Assembly: GCA_963838925.1 (NCBI GenBank)
Contig: CAWISW010000003.1
Span: 288,001 to 352,000, forward strand
Length of the DNA stretch: 64,000 nt
Direction of reading: 5' to 3'
Source: an uncultured Nitrososphaerota archaeon
GTDB taxonomy: Archaea; Thermoproteota; Nitrososphaeria; Nitrososphaerales; Gagatemarchaeaceae
Shown here: positions 16,579 through 26,419 of the stretch, one piece after another
Layout of the letters: the number at the start of each line of letters is the position of its first letter
Numbering within the stretch: the stretch's first letter is position 1
The notes under the pieces: generated by a model
The model's database searches: none
Seen by the model: only the letters and a program-made list of their open reading frames with translations
Told to the model about the DNA's origin: nothing
Position numbers and translations under genes: made by a program

Positions 16579-17382
16579 TTGATCGTAGCGGTGATTGGGG
16601 CTGGCAAGATAGGCGAGGCCGTCGCCAACTCGATCGCAAAGTCGAGACAGGTCACCAAGGTGATAATGACCAAGAGGAACGTCTCGACCCTGCCGCGCTC
16701 GCGGACGCCCAAGGTCGCGGTGACCGCGGACAACCGAGAGGCCGCGAAGAAGGCGGACCTCGTCCTGATAGCGGTCAAGGCCGGGGACGCGAAGCAGGTG
16801 CTCGGCGAGATCTCGCAGTTCACCGCCGGCAAGATAGTCATATCGCTGATGGCCGCGATCACCATCGAGAGGCTCGAGAGGGCGCTGCCCAGGGCGAAGG
16901 TGGTCAGATCCATGCCGAACATCGCGGCCATAATCGGAGAGGCGATCACCGCCTACTCGCTAGGGGGCAAGGTCACACCCGCCGACGAGGCCACTGTCCA
17001 GCTCATCCTCGGAAGCTTCGGGGACTACGTCAAGGTTCCAGAGTCGCTGCTGAACCCCATCACCGCGCTCAGCGGAAGCGGCCCCGCCTACATCGCGGTC
17101 GTGATAGAGGCGATGGTGAGCGCGGGCCTCAAGGTCGGGATACCGAGGGACATCTCCCTCAAGCTGGTCACGAAGACTCTCACCGGGACAGCCGACCTCC
17201 TGAGCGTGAAGAAGATGCACCCCGCGGAGCTTCGCGACACCGTGACGACCCCCGCAGGGACGACCATCGCCGGGATCTACGAGCTCGAGAGGGGCTCGCT
17301 GAGGACGAGCATGATGAACGCGGTGGAGGCTGCCACCATGGCCGCCGAAAAGGTCGCCAAGAAGTTCGAGACGGACGCCTAG
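16579..17382 (+). CDS. proC: Pyrroline-5-carboxylate reductase
   Basis: GAGKIG, RSMPN, ALSGSGPAY, VTTPAGTT. Confidence 0.95.
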   Translation: MIVAVIGAGKIGEAVANSIAKSRQVTKVIMTKRNVSTLPRSRTPKVAVTADNREAAKKADLVLIAVKAGDAKQVLGEISQFTAGKIVISLMAAITIERLERALPRAKVVRSMPNIAAIIGEAITAYSLGGKVTPADEATVQLILGSFGDYVKVPESLLNPITALSGSGPAYIAVVIEAMVSAGLKVGIPRDISLKLVTKTLTGTADLLSVKKMHPAELRDTVTTPAGTTIAGIYELERGSLRTSMMNAVEAATMAAEKVAKKFETDA

Positions 17383-17489
17383 CGCTCCTCTGCCGCGCCA
17401 GCGTGACGCCCCCGGACCGGGGAGTTCATTCAAGGGTGAAGACAAATTCACACGCCCCAAAATAGGGCTAGAATTGCCCCCGAACCAAG

Positions 17490-18131
17490 ATGTCACAATT
17501 TACAAGCAACTGGGACAAGAAGAAGTCCGCGGGGCTGGGGGAGAGGCTGAGGAACACCTTCAACAACCCTGGACCGCTGAAGCCGCGGCTCGACGCGGTG
17601 ATGCGCCAGATACAGATTGTCATGGCGAAGCTTGACACCTCGATGGCGAAGATCCGCGACAGGGACGCTTCGCTCTTCGCGAAGACGGTGGCCGCCGTGC
17701 AGAAGCACGAGAACCAGAGGGCGTCCATGTTCGCCAACGAGCTCGCCGAGGTCAGAAGGGTCGGGAAGATGGTCACGCAGTCCAGACTTGCGCTTGAACA
17801 GGTAGTACTGAGGCTGAACACGATAACCGAGCTGGGCGACGTCGTCACCACCCTGGCGCCAGCCACCTCGATAGTGAGGAACGTGAAGCAGGACATAGCG
17901 GGCGTGATGCCGGACGCCGAGGGAGAGATGGGAGAGGTCTCCAGCCTTCTGAGCGGGATACTGGTGGACGCAGGCTCGATGGGTGGCTACACCATGAACT
18001 TCGAGACCGCCAACGAGGAGGCCGACAGGGCCCTCTCAGAGGCGGCCGCCGTCGCCGAGAGCAGGATGAAGGAGAAGTTCCCGGACATCCCCCAGTCCGT
18101 CGCGGCACCGGAAGAGTTCGAGGCGGCCTAG
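17490..18131 (+). CDS. CdvB-like ESCRT-III (Snf7) paralogue
   Basis: Coiled coil, FANELAEVRR, LEQVVLRLNTITELGDV; no cdvA/cdvC adjacent. Confidence 0.88.
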   Translation: MSQFTSNWDKKKSAGLGERLRNTFNNPGPLKPRLDAVMRQIQIVMAKLDTSMAKIRDRDASLFAKTVAAVQKHENQRASMFANELAEVRRVGKMVTQSRLALEQVVLRLNTITELGDVVTTLAPATSIVRNVKQDIAGVMPDAEGEMGEVSSLLSGILVDAGSMGGYTMNFETANEEADRALSEAAAVAESRMKEKFPDIPQSVAAPEEFEAA

Positions 18132-18215
18132 GCACACCCGCGAGCCCCGCGTTCGCCCTCGACCGTCCTGTTCAATAGGAGCGAGGCAATAGCCTTCTTG
18201 AGAGGAACGGGGGAG

Positions 18216-18785
18216 TTGCCATTCTGCGCGAAGTGCGGGGCCGAAATCCCCGCGGGTGCCGGGCTCTGCCCGTCCTGTGGCGCCCCCGCCAGCGCGACGG
18301 GAGCTCCGCAGGTCCCCATCAGCGGGATCAGCACGCTCACGAAGGACGTAACGGCGCAGGAGTACTGGGTGAAGAGGCTCTTCGCCTACGTCATCGACGC
18401 GATAGTCGTCTACGCGACCATCGGGATTGTGGTGGCCGCGACCGTCCTCCCCGCCTTTTTGGCTGGCGTCTTCGTGCCTGGCTACTCGCCGCCGGTTTCA
18501 CTCTTCGGGACGTTCTTCGGCACGTTCGCTGGCGTTCTCTTCCTGCTCTACTTCACGCTGGCGGAGGCGACCTACGGCAAGACACTCGGGAAGAGGATCA
18601 TGGGCCTCAAGGTGACCACAACGAGCGGGGGCATGCCCTCCCTCGGCACCTCGCTCTTGAGGAACATCAGCAAGATCTACTGGGTCCTCCTACTTCTCGA
18701 CGTGATTTTGGGCTTGGCACTTGAACCTGGATACACGAAGAAGTTTAGCGACAGGTACCTGGGGACGAGCGTGACCCAATCGTGA
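18216..18785 (+). CDS. RDD-family membrane protein with Zn ribbon
   Basis: CAKC...CPSC; KRLFAYVID; GKTLGKRIMGLKV; LLRN. Confidence 0.88.
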   Translation: MPFCAKCGAEIPAGAGLCPSCGAPASATGAPQVPISGISTLTKDVTAQEYWVKRLFAYVIDAIVVYATIGIVVAATVLPAFLAGVFVPGYSPPVSLFGTFFGTFAGVLFLLYFTLAEATYGKTLGKRIMGLKVTTTSGGMPSLGTSLLRNISKIYWVLLLLDVILGLALEPGYTKKFSDRYLGTSVTQS

Positions 18786-18880
18786 GCGTAAACCGCGCGT
18801 TCTGCAGGGGAGAACGCCCGTTCTAGGCAGTAGCATAATCTAGACTCGCCACCGATGCTCCAGCAGGAAGCAAGATTACC

Positions 18881-20098
18881 ATGCAAACAACGCAAACTAC
18901 CCGACGGCCGAATGTCGCGGCAACCGTGATGTCGGCGTCTGTCATCGCCCTGTTCCTGTTGGGCGTCTCTTCGCTGCCCCAGTCGCTTGCAGCGACCTCG
19001 ACCAGCGCCGGCTCGACTGTTACCTTGTACCAAGTGCAGCTCTCGGTCCAGACGAAGAGCATATCCCCAGTAAGCTCCTACGACCTGGTCGCCTTCAACT
19101 CCACAGGAAGCGGAGTCGCCTCTTACACCGGTCAGTACCCGCGAGTGACCTTCGACCTCCCTGCTGGGACGTACCTCTTTGCGGCAACAGCCACCGGGCC
19201 TAGCTCCAGCCAGTCCCCCGTCTGCTGCGTCTGCGCGGGTTCAGGCACTGCGAGCCCTCCCGCGAAGACCGCCCAATCTAACGGCTCAAGCTCCGCGGCG
19301 TCAACAGCGATAGCGTACCCGTGCTACTTCGGCAACCCGCCCGAAGAGTACGGCTATTCCCTAACCCAGATCAGCGGCGCCGCCACCCTGGTCATCGCTA
19401 CCGCCCCTCCGTCGGGCATCCCGACCGCCAACGTCTCGGTCAGCGTGAGCTTCAAGAACGGCACCGCAGTCTCGGACGCGTACGTCTACGCCAGCGTGGT
19501 GGGGGCGGACTGGTACTGGGGCGGCGACTCGAACGTGACGATGGGCGCCCAGACATCAGCGAACGGGGTGGCACAACTCGTCGTCCCCGAGGTGCCGCTC
19601 GTCGTGACAGCATCCGACTCTGTCCAGGTGAGCCTCCCGGGGACCCAGACGACCGAGCAGGTGAACGTGGGCGGCCAGCTCGTGAACGTCACGCTCTACT
19701 ACAGCCCCAACTACGTGTACGAGACGGCCACAGCGCTCCTCGTCCCGCCCAAGACGAGCCTCAGCATGGTAGTGACGGCGCAGCCCAACAACCAGCTCAT
19801 CCCGTACGCGGTCAGCTCGTCGTCCTCGGGACAGACAGGTTCTGGTCCACTGACGGCGTCCACGCCTGCGCAGACGGCGACGCAGGGGGCCGCCGCGACG
19901 CTGAGCAGCACGACGTCGAGCTCAACAATCCAGACCTCCTCCATCCCGCCCATCCCAGCCTCTGACATCGCAGCCGCTGCCTCGTCGCATCCGTCCTCGA
20001 GCGCACCCGGAATCAGCGTCCTGGCCGTCGGCGCAATCGCCGTGCTGGCCATCATAGCGGCGATAGTCGGAATCGCCATCGCCAAGAGGAAGCGCTAG
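18881..20098 (+). CDS. Secreted Ser/Thr-rich surface protein with C-terminal TM anchor
   Basis: Signal peptide, low-complexity S/T linkers, TM followed by KRKR. Confidence 0.8.
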   Translation: MQTTQTTRRPNVAATVMSASVIALFLLGVSSLPQSLAATSTSAGSTVTLYQVQLSVQTKSISPVSSYDLVAFNSTGSGVASYTGQYPRVTFDLPAGTYLFAATATGPSSSQSPVCCVCAGSGTASPPAKTAQSNGSSSAASTAIAYPCYFGNPPEEYGYSLTQISGAATLVIATAPPSGIPTANVSVSVSFKNGTAVSDAYVYASVVGADWYWGGDSNVTMGAQTSANGVAQLVVPEVPLVVTASDSVQVSLPGTQTTEQVNVGGQLVNVTLYYSPNYVYETATALLVPPKTSLSMVVTAQPNNQLIPYAVSSSSSGQTGSGPLTASTPAQTATQGAAATLSSTTSSSTIQTSSIPPIPASDIAAAASSHPSSSAPGISVLAVGAIAVLAIIAAIVGIAIAKRKR

Positions 20099-20164
20099 GC
20101 GACCAAGGCGAGGCACGCCAGAGCTGAGCCTCGTCGCAGGCCCAGCCTTTTCTATCGTTTAGGA

Positions 20165-20971
20165 GTGGAGGAGCGCGTGGACTGGGCGAAGAACGTATTC
20201 GTGAGGAACGCAAAGCTCTACCAGCTGGTCCTCGAAGGGATGTGGGAGAGGGGCGAAGAGGACGCGGTGGCCATCTCGTCGTACCTCGCCGAAGAGGGGC
20301 GCAATGGCTGCAGGATTCTCGACGTCCCCTGCGGAATCGGAAGGGTGGGGATACCCCTCGCCAGGCTGGGCTTCGAGGTCACCGGGGTCGACCTCTCGCC
20401 CCACCTGATAGGTGTCGCCACCAAGAAGGCCATCGATTTCAAGGTGGCTCCCGGACGAGCGAGGTTCCTAGTCGCAGACATGCGCGACCTCGCCTCCAAG
20501 CTCGCTCCGGGAGGTTTCGACGCGGTCCTGAACGTGTTCACGAGCATCGGGTACGGCTCGGAGGAGGACGACCTGAGGTTCTTCCGCGACGCGCGCGCGG
20601 TCACGAAGAAGGGGGGCCTGCTAGTCATTTCAGGGCTCCGAAACAGGGACTACATAGCGCGGAACCCGTCCCAGAACGTGTACGAGGAGAGCGCCAGGCT
20701 CCTGGTGCTGGACACGTACAGCTTCGACTCGGAGCGGTCGCGCGAGAGGGGGGTGTGGAGGTTCTACCTGAAGAAAGGGGGGAAGAGAGAAGCGGTGCTC
20801 AAGTTCGCGGGCGAGTTCCCCATCGACATACGCGTCTACTCGCCCCACGAGCTCACATCGAGGCTGGAGGCGACGGGTTGGAGGGTGCGGGATACATACG
20901 ACTCTTTCACCACGAGGCGCCCATACAGGCCGGACAGCCCCGTCTACGCGCTGGTTGCCAAGGCAGTGTGA
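20165..20971 (+). CDS. Class I SAM-dependent methyltransferase
   Basis: ILDVPCGIGR, GVDLS, ADMR, FDAVLNVFTSIGY. Confidence 0.9.
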   Translation: MEERVDWAKNVFVRNAKLYQLVLEGMWERGEEDAVAISSYLAEEGRNGCRILDVPCGIGRVGIPLARLGFEVTGVDLSPHLIGVATKKAIDFKVAPGRARFLVADMRDLASKLAPGGFDAVLNVFTSIGYGSEEDDLRFFRDARAVTKKGGLLVISGLRNRDYIARNPSQNVYEESARLLVLDTYSFDSERSRERGVWRFYLKKGGKREAVLKFAGEFPIDIRVYSPHELTSRLEATGWRVRDTYDSFTTRRPYRPDSPVYALVAKAV

Positions 20972-21207
20972 CCCACGAGCAGCAGCTTCTCGCTCCTCTT
21001 CATCGCCTTGATGGCTCGTTCCCTACGGAGTGCCGCCGACCTGCTCACCAGCTCCTCCCTGTAGACAAGGGTGACCGGAAGCCTCGACCGGGTAAACTTG
21101 CTGCCTGTGCCTGAGTTGTGCTCCCGGACCCTCCTCTGGATGTCAGTGGTGCACCCGGTGTAGAGTTCGCCAGTCCTACACCTCAATACGTAGACTAGCC
21201 AGCCCAA
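20944..21207 (-). CDS. GIY-YIG nuclease (UPF0213/YhbQ family)
   Basis: VYVLRC...LYTGCTTD...RVREHN...RRERAIK. Confidence 0.9.
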   Translation of the reverse strand: MGWLVYVLRCRTGELYTGCTTDIQRRVREHNSGTGSKFTRSRLPVTLVYREELVSRSAALRRERAIKAMKRSEKLLLVGHTALATSA

Positions 21208-21259
21208 AGTGCCCGAGACGGCCTCCGCAGGAGGAGAGATATCTCCCTTGCGCGGGGCT

Positions 21260-21778
21260 CTATCTGACCTCGTATTCTTCGGCCTTTGGTATGCCGTCGA
21301 CTGCCTTCTTCAGTTCGGCGTCAAAGATGTAGAAGAGCGAGTGGCCGACCCTGGAGTCGTTGTTGACCCCGTGGTCCAGGCTGACCTTGATCCTCCGCGT
21401 AAGTGCTACGAAGAGAAGCTCGCCCACCCTGAGCTGCGGGTGCTCGTTCGAGGCCTTTGCTATCGCCGCCAAGAGGTCCCTTCGTTCCTGGTCTGCCATC
21501 GACGCCTCCATGAGGTGCTTCTCGACCACCTCCTCCCTGCTCCGTTTTGCTTCGGGGGTAATCTTCGCCTCTGACCCGTGCATCACCTCGACGATGCCCT
21601 TCGAGGACCTAATAGTCTCGGAGAGGACCCTTTCGCCGCACTCGATGCAGGTGCCTATGCGATACTCTTTGTACTCGCGGCCGAACTGCGTCTCCCGCGC
21701 GATGTCCTTGATTGGCTCTTTGTCCCACGCGATCTTGCCGTGGAACCCCAGTCTGCACTTCAGAGGCCTGGCGGCCAT
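21260..21778 (-). CDS. Hypothetical protein: C-x4-H/CxxC Zn finger plus YihD-like helical domain
   Basis: KCRLGFH...CIECG; HPQLRVGELL...LFYIFD. Confidence 0.65.
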   Translation of the reverse strand: MAARPLKCRLGFHGKIAWDKEPIKDIARETQFGREYKEYRIGTCIECGERVLSETIRSSKGIVEVMHGSEAKITPEAKRSREEVVEKHLMEASMADQERRDLLAAIAKASNEHPQLRVGELLFVALTRRIKVSLDHGVNNDSRVGHSLFYIFDAELKKAVDGIPKAEEYEVR

Positions 21779-21855
21779 CTACATCCCAGTGGATATTCGA
21801 TGTTTCTAAAAAAGATATCGCAGGCTCTGAGAACGAGAGCCTCGTAAACCTATAA

Positions 21856-22071
21856 ATGGCCGCCGCCGCCATTGGACTCCACCCACAGAGAGGATCGACC
21901 CTGTACAAGCAACCCAAGAACGACTCCAAGGAGATGAAGTGCCCGAAGTGCGGCAAGGCGTCACTCAAGAGGAAGGAAACCGGAGTCGTCTGCAACTTCT
22001 GCGGGTACGTCCTCTCTCCGGGAGAGGAGACAAGGTTCAGGCTTTACGAGCTGCTCAAGCAGCCTTCTTGA
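21856..22071 (+). CDS. Small Zn-ribbon protein (start uncertain)
   Basis: CPKCG...CNFCG; listed ATG overlaps a TATA box, so the real start may be downstream. Confidence 0.7.
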   Translation: MAAAAIGLHPQRGSTLYKQPKNDSKEMKCPKCGKASLKRKETGVVCNFCGYVLSPGEETRFRLYELLKQPS

Positions 22072-22498
22072 CGTAGATCTGGTGCACGGTCCTCATACAG
22101 GCGTCCATGACGTACTGGATCCCACTCTGGTCCAGTATGCGCTTGGCCTCCTCGCTCTCCAAGCCTTGCTGGGCCCAGAACACGAAGGGCCGCCCGAACC
22201 TCTTCTTCAATTCGGCAGCCTGGAGGGCGACCTGCGGCAGCTCCTCGCTCGGCCTGAACACCTCGACAACGTCGACAGCCATGGCGACCTCTTCGGGCAG
22301 CTCGAGCAGGCTCGGATACGCCTTCTCGCCCATTATCTCCGTCGCAGTCGGATTGACAGGGATTATGCGGTAGCCTTGCTCCTTGAGGTACCGGGGGACC
22401 GTGTACGCCTCCTTCTCGGGGCTCTTCGACGCACCCACCACGGCGATGGTCCTCCACTTCTCCAGGACCTCGACCGGCGAGACGTTGCCTTCGACCAA
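22055..22498 (-). CDS. CoA-binding protein (YccU family)
   Basis: IAVVGAS, PVNP, VDVVEVFRPSE, WAQQG, DACM. Confidence 0.9.
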   Translation of the reverse strand: MVEGNVSPVEVLEKWRTIAVVGASKSPEKEAYTVPRYLKEQGYRIIPVNPTATEIMGEKAYPSLLELPEEVAMAVDVVEVFRPSEELPQVALQAAELKKRFGRPFVFWAQQGLESEEAKRILDQSGIQYVMDACMRTVHQIYVKKAA

Positions 22499-22542
22499 GC
22501 CGCTGGCTCGGCGAGAGGCGCGGCCTATGACGTTTGCGGTGG

Positions 22543-23640
22543 CTACTTCGTTATCAGGGTGAGCACGTCTTCGTCCATCAGCGCGTGGTTTATCCCGACC
22601 CGCTGCCCGTCGAACTTGACGCTCTTCCCCCAGATCAGCGCATAGCGGAAGTCGTCCTTGATCTTCCTGTGGACCTTGTCGCACACCTCGAGCACCGTCG
22701 AGCCGTTCCTCACTATCATGGGCTCCTTGTAGTCGGTCTCGCCGCTCCGCCTGCGCATGTAGATCCTGATGAAGTCCAGCCTCCGATACATCTCCTGCTT
22801 CAGCGCCTCGATGTTCAGGTTGCTCTCCGCCGAGATGGGGACGAACTTGTACTGGAGCTTGTCCATCAGCTCGTTGGTGAAGCCCGCGTTGACGAGGTCG
22901 ATCTTGTTCATGACCGTCAACGAGGGGATGTAGACCCTGGTGCCGAGGATCACGTCTATGAGCTGCTCGTCGGTGATGTCTTGGCGGAGGACTACGCGCG
23001 CGCTGTTCATCCCGTAGACCCTGAGGATGTCCTTCACGGTCTCCACCGTCATCTTTGTGAGCTTAACCTGCGATACCACCGATATCCCACCGGTGGTGGT
23101 CGTCTCAATCACGACGTTCGGCGGGTCCTCGTCCACGCGGATCCCCGTCATCCTGAGCTCCTTCTCGAGGAGGGAGCGGGCCTCGGGCTGGAAGACGTCT
23201 ATGACGAACATGATGAGGTCCGCGTTGCGCGCCACGGCGAGCACTCTCTTGCCCAGGCCCCTCCCTGAGGAGGCGCCCTGGATGATTCCGGGGAGGTCGA
23301 GTACCTGTATCCTCGCTCCGTTGTAGTCCATGACACCGGGCACGACGTCGAGCGTCGTGAACTCGTAGGCCGCGACCTTTGACTTCGCGTTGGTCAGCGC
23401 GTTGAGCAGCGTCGACTTTCCCACGCTTGGAAGGCCTATGAAGACGACGGTCCCGTCTCCCGACTTTTTTACGTCGAACCCGATGGTGCTCCCCGAGCGC
23501 CTCGCCTGCTGCTCCTCCTGCTCCATCTTGAGCTTCGAGAGCTTCGCCCTGAGGACTCCGATGTGCCGCTCGGTGTGCTTGTTGATCTGTGTCTTCAGGA
23601 GGTCCTCTTCGATCTTCTTTATCTTCTCAGGAACGCCCAA
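22543..23640 (-). CDS. DRG/OBG-family GTPase with TGS domain
   Basis: GLPSVGKST, YEFTT, DLPG, NKID, WGKSVKF. Confidence 0.95.
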   Translation of the reverse strand: MGVPEKIKKIEEDLLKTQINKHTERHIGVLRAKLSKLKMEQEEQQARRSGSTIGFDVKKSGDGTVVFIGLPSVGKSTLLNALTNAKSKVAAYEFTTLDVVPGVMDYNGARIQVLDLPGIIQGASSGRGLGKRVLAVARNADLIMFVIDVFQPEARSLLEKELRMTGIRVDEDPPNVVIETTTTGGISVVSQVKLTKMTVETVKDILRVYGMNSARVVLRQDITDEQLIDVILGTRVYIPSLTVMNKIDLVNAGFTNELMDKLQYKFVPISAESNLNIEALKQEMYRRLDFIRIYMRRRSGETDYKEPMIVRNGSTVLEVCDKVHRKIKDDFRYALIWGKSVKFDGQRVGINHALMDEDVLTLITK

Positions 23641-23737
23641 CTAGACCTCTACCATCCGACCCGACTTGGCTGACAGACAACAAGGAGTGACTTAAAGGTT
23701 CGAACCCGGGACGCCTGTCGAGCGGGCTCGCTAGACA

Positions 23738-23896
23738 TTGAACTGTGAGAGGTGCCGTGCAGGGCAGATGGTCGAGTACGAGAGGAAGATCCTAGCGGGC
23801 GGCAAGGAGGCGCGCCTGACAGGGAGGAAGTGCGACCGGTGCGGGTACACCCAGCTCGACAGCGACGACGACGTCTGGTCAGCCGTGGGGCTCTAG
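23738..23896 (+). CDS. 52-aa Zn-finger microprotein (not in ORF track)
   Basis: TTG start; MNCERCRAGQMVE...KCDRCGY; CTTAAAG TATA-like upstream. Confidence 0.7.
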   Translation: MNCERCRAGQMVEYERKILAGGKEARLTGRKCDRCGYTQLDSDDDVWSAVGL

Positions 23897-23943
23897 CGGA
23901 CGCAACCAAAACCTCATTAATCGACGGCCCCCACATCTAGTCA

Positions 23944-24222
23944 TTGGCCAAGAGAGCCTTCACCATCGACACGGGCAAGGAGCAGATAGAGGTCGAGGGT
24001 CACGAGCACCGCAACGTCGCGGTGAAGTACCTCATGAAGAGGAGGAGGAGCCTGCTCTCGACGAAAGACCCAGCGAAGGTGGAGAGGATGTTCGGAGAGC
24101 TCCCCAGCGAAGTGAAGATCATCGGAAAGCAGCTCACCAAGGCCTACAAGGTGTCGTGGGAGAAGGAGGGGACGGGCGAGTTCGTGGGCGCCAGGTTCAC
24201 CTTCGACATCACCGAGGTCTGA
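23944..24222 (+). CDS. Small basic hypothetical protein
   Basis: Strong host-like codon usage, TTG start, TTAAT promoter upstream. Confidence 0.75.
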   Translation: MAKRAFTIDTGKEQIEVEGHEHRNVAVKYLMKRRRSLLSTKDPAKVERMFGELPSEVKIIGKQLTKAYKVSWEKEGTGEFVGARFTFDITEV

Positions 24223-24295
24223 AAGAGACGTAGCGTGCAGGGACACGACAGAAGAAACACAAGGCAAGGACGAGGAGAGGTTCAAGGCGGCCATC

Positions 24296-24619
24296 GTGGC
24301 GACCATCCTTGACTCCAAGACCGAGAGGGCGATCGAGCTTCTTAGCGAGCACTACCACGTCGAGACACCCAAGCTCGGGGTCGGGGTGGTCAAGGGGCGC
24401 TCGAAGGGGGTCCTCGCGGTGTACTCCAGCGACCGCAAGGAGATCCTCGCCGTGAGCCAGGAGTACCTCTATGACCCCTTCGTCATGCTCCACGAGTTCT
24501 ACCACCACCTGCGCCAGTTCGCGGGCCATCACAGGGGCACGGAGAAGAACGCCGACAAGTTCGCGCTGGACTACATCGCCGCGTACAAGAGGCTGGCTTC
24601 GGGCCTCTCCAAGACCTAG
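24296..24619 (+). CDS. Minimal zincin-like metallopeptidase
   Basis: LHEFYHH plus downstream E..AD.FA. Confidence 0.75.
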   Translation: MATILDSKTERAIELLSEHYHVETPKLGVGVVKGRSKGVLAVYSSDRKEILAVSQEYLYDPFVMLHEFYHHLRQFAGHHRGTEKNADKFALDYIAAYKRLASGLSKT

Positions 24620-24699
24620 TAGCCCCGCTGCTACCTACCTCGCGAAATGCAACTGCTATCTATATAAGACGCCCGCTCTCCTTCTCAGAAAGGGTCCAA

Positions 24700-25338
24700 T
24701 TGCCCGACGCGCTTCCTAGGAACGATTACTCGCACAACCCTCAGTTCAGCGAGAGGGACGCTGAGGTGCTGAGGTTCCTGGGAGAAGAGGACCTTCTCGG
24801 ATTCACGTTCGAAGGCCTCAGGCGGAGGCTGGGCACCCACTCCGAGACGCTCTCCCGGATTCTGCACCGGCTCGAAGACCAGATGATACTCGAGAAGACG
24901 CCCGACGGATACCACGTGACCCACAAGGGCAAGGAGATGATCGGGGTCAAGCCCCTGTCCTCCGCGCGCCCTTCTGGGGCCGCACAGCACAGGGTCGCTA
25001 TCCTCCGCACCCTCCTGCCCTACGGCCGGGGATCGGGCGAGGTGGTCTCAGGCCTGAAGGGCCGATGGTTCGGGCCTCTCAGGTGGCTCGGGTACTCCGA
25101 GGACGAGAGGGGGACCACGATGAAGTGGGTGACGGAAGACGGCGCAGTCCAGATAGACGCCATCTTCTCAGAAGGGGAGCTCGCGATCGAGGGGAACGTC
25201 AGGGAGGGAAAGGACCTCACAGACGCGATAAAGGCCTCCTACCAGCTGGTGGGTCACCTGTCGCGCGTCAGCCCCGCGGGCGTGGAAGGGCGCGTCGCGT
25301 TCTTCTCTCTCGGCCCTTCCAGATTCGCGCACAACTGA
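24700..25338 (+). CDS. Winged-HTH domain protein
   Basis: FEGLRRRLGTHSETLSRILHRLE...YHVTHKG. Confidence 0.75.
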   Translation: MPDALPRNDYSHNPQFSERDAEVLRFLGEEDLLGFTFEGLRRRLGTHSETLSRILHRLEDQMILEKTPDGYHVTHKGKEMIGVKPLSSARPSGAAQHRVAILRTLLPYGRGSGEVVSGLKGRWFGPLRWLGYSEDERGTTMKWVTEDGAVQIDAIFSEGELAIEGNVREGKDLTDAIKASYQLVGHLSRVSPAGVEGRVAFFSLGPSRFAHN

Positions 25339-25430
25339 GGCGCCCAACGGCGCCTCCGATGTGACCGACTTCCCATATTCTCCATCAACAAGTATCCCCC
25401 CTTCTACAGTTCTGCAGTGAACAAGTCAGC

Positions 25431-26342
25431 TTGAGTCAAAATTCAATCGGAATACTGCAGACAATCTCCGGCGAGATCGAGCGGATCGCCGAGAGCTCGG
25501 GTCGCTCGGTCGTGAGCGTGGGCTCCGGCCACGGCAACGGCTCCGGTATCGCCTGGGACGAGCACACCGTCGTCACCGCGTTCCACGTGGTGAGGGGAGC
25601 CGACGAGGTGAGCGTGGGGACGCAAGACGGGAGGAAGCTCGCGGCGAAGGTCACCGGCCGTCTGAGGCGCTCGGACATCGCGGTCTTGACGGTCGAGGAG
25701 TCCCTCGCCCCCATCCAGAAGGGAGACTCCGACGGGCTGAAGGCGGGGCAGTTCGTCCTCGCCCTAGCTAACCCCTTCGCGTCACGCACCAGCGTCACCT
25801 CGGGCATCATCACGGGCGCCAACCGAAGCGTAGGCGGGTGGTGGGGGATGACCATCGAGGACGCGGTCATCACAGACGCACGAGTCAACCCCGGCTACTC
25901 CGGAGGCCCGCTGGTCGACGCGACAGGCCTACTGATCGGGATGAACGTCGCCTACATGTCAAAGAGAGGAATCGCGGTGCCCGTGAAAACCATATCGAAG
26001 GTCGTCGAAAGGCTCGCGACAGGCAAGCCGTTCAGAAGGGCATACATGGGGATAGCCTCGAACCCCGTGGCGCTCCCGGACGAGCTCTCCTCCGACCAGA
26101 AGGTGGGGCAGGACGCGGGAGTCATGGTGCTATCCGTCGAGGACGGCACCCCGGCGAAGAAGTCCGGCCTCGCATTCGGCGACGTGATACTGAGGTTCAA
26201 CGGGAAGAACGTCTCGAACTCGGACGACCTGACGAGCCTCTTGGGCGAGGAAGCGATAGACCAGAAGGCGAATCTCTCGGTCCTCAGGGGCGGGAACGTG
26301 GTGGAGTTGGAGATCACCCCCACCACGGGAAGGGAGGAGTAG
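25431..26342 (+). CDS. HtrA/DegP-family serine protease with PDZ domain (copy 1)
   Basis: TAFHVV, SDIAVL, NPGYSGGPL, PDZ GDVI; no signal peptide. Confidence 0.92.
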   Translation: MSQNSIGILQTISGEIERIAESSGRSVVSVGSGHGNGSGIAWDEHTVVTAFHVVRGADEVSVGTQDGRKLAAKVTGRLRRSDIAVLTVEESLAPIQKGDSDGLKAGQFVLALANPFASRTSVTSGIITGANRSVGGWWGMTIEDAVITDARVNPGYSGGPLVDATGLLIGMNVAYMSKRGIAVPVKTISKVVERLATGKPFRRAYMGIASNPVALPDELSSDQKVGQDAGVMVLSVEDGTPAKKSGLAFGDVILRFNGKNVSNSDDLTSLLGEEAIDQKANLSVLRGGNVVELEITPTTGREE

Positions 26343-26419
26343 AGGCTTGGAGCCGAGGTCGCCTGAGAGACCGTCCATCCCAGAGCCTGGCCCTCCAGTA
26401 GGGCCTCCCTGGTAGATGG

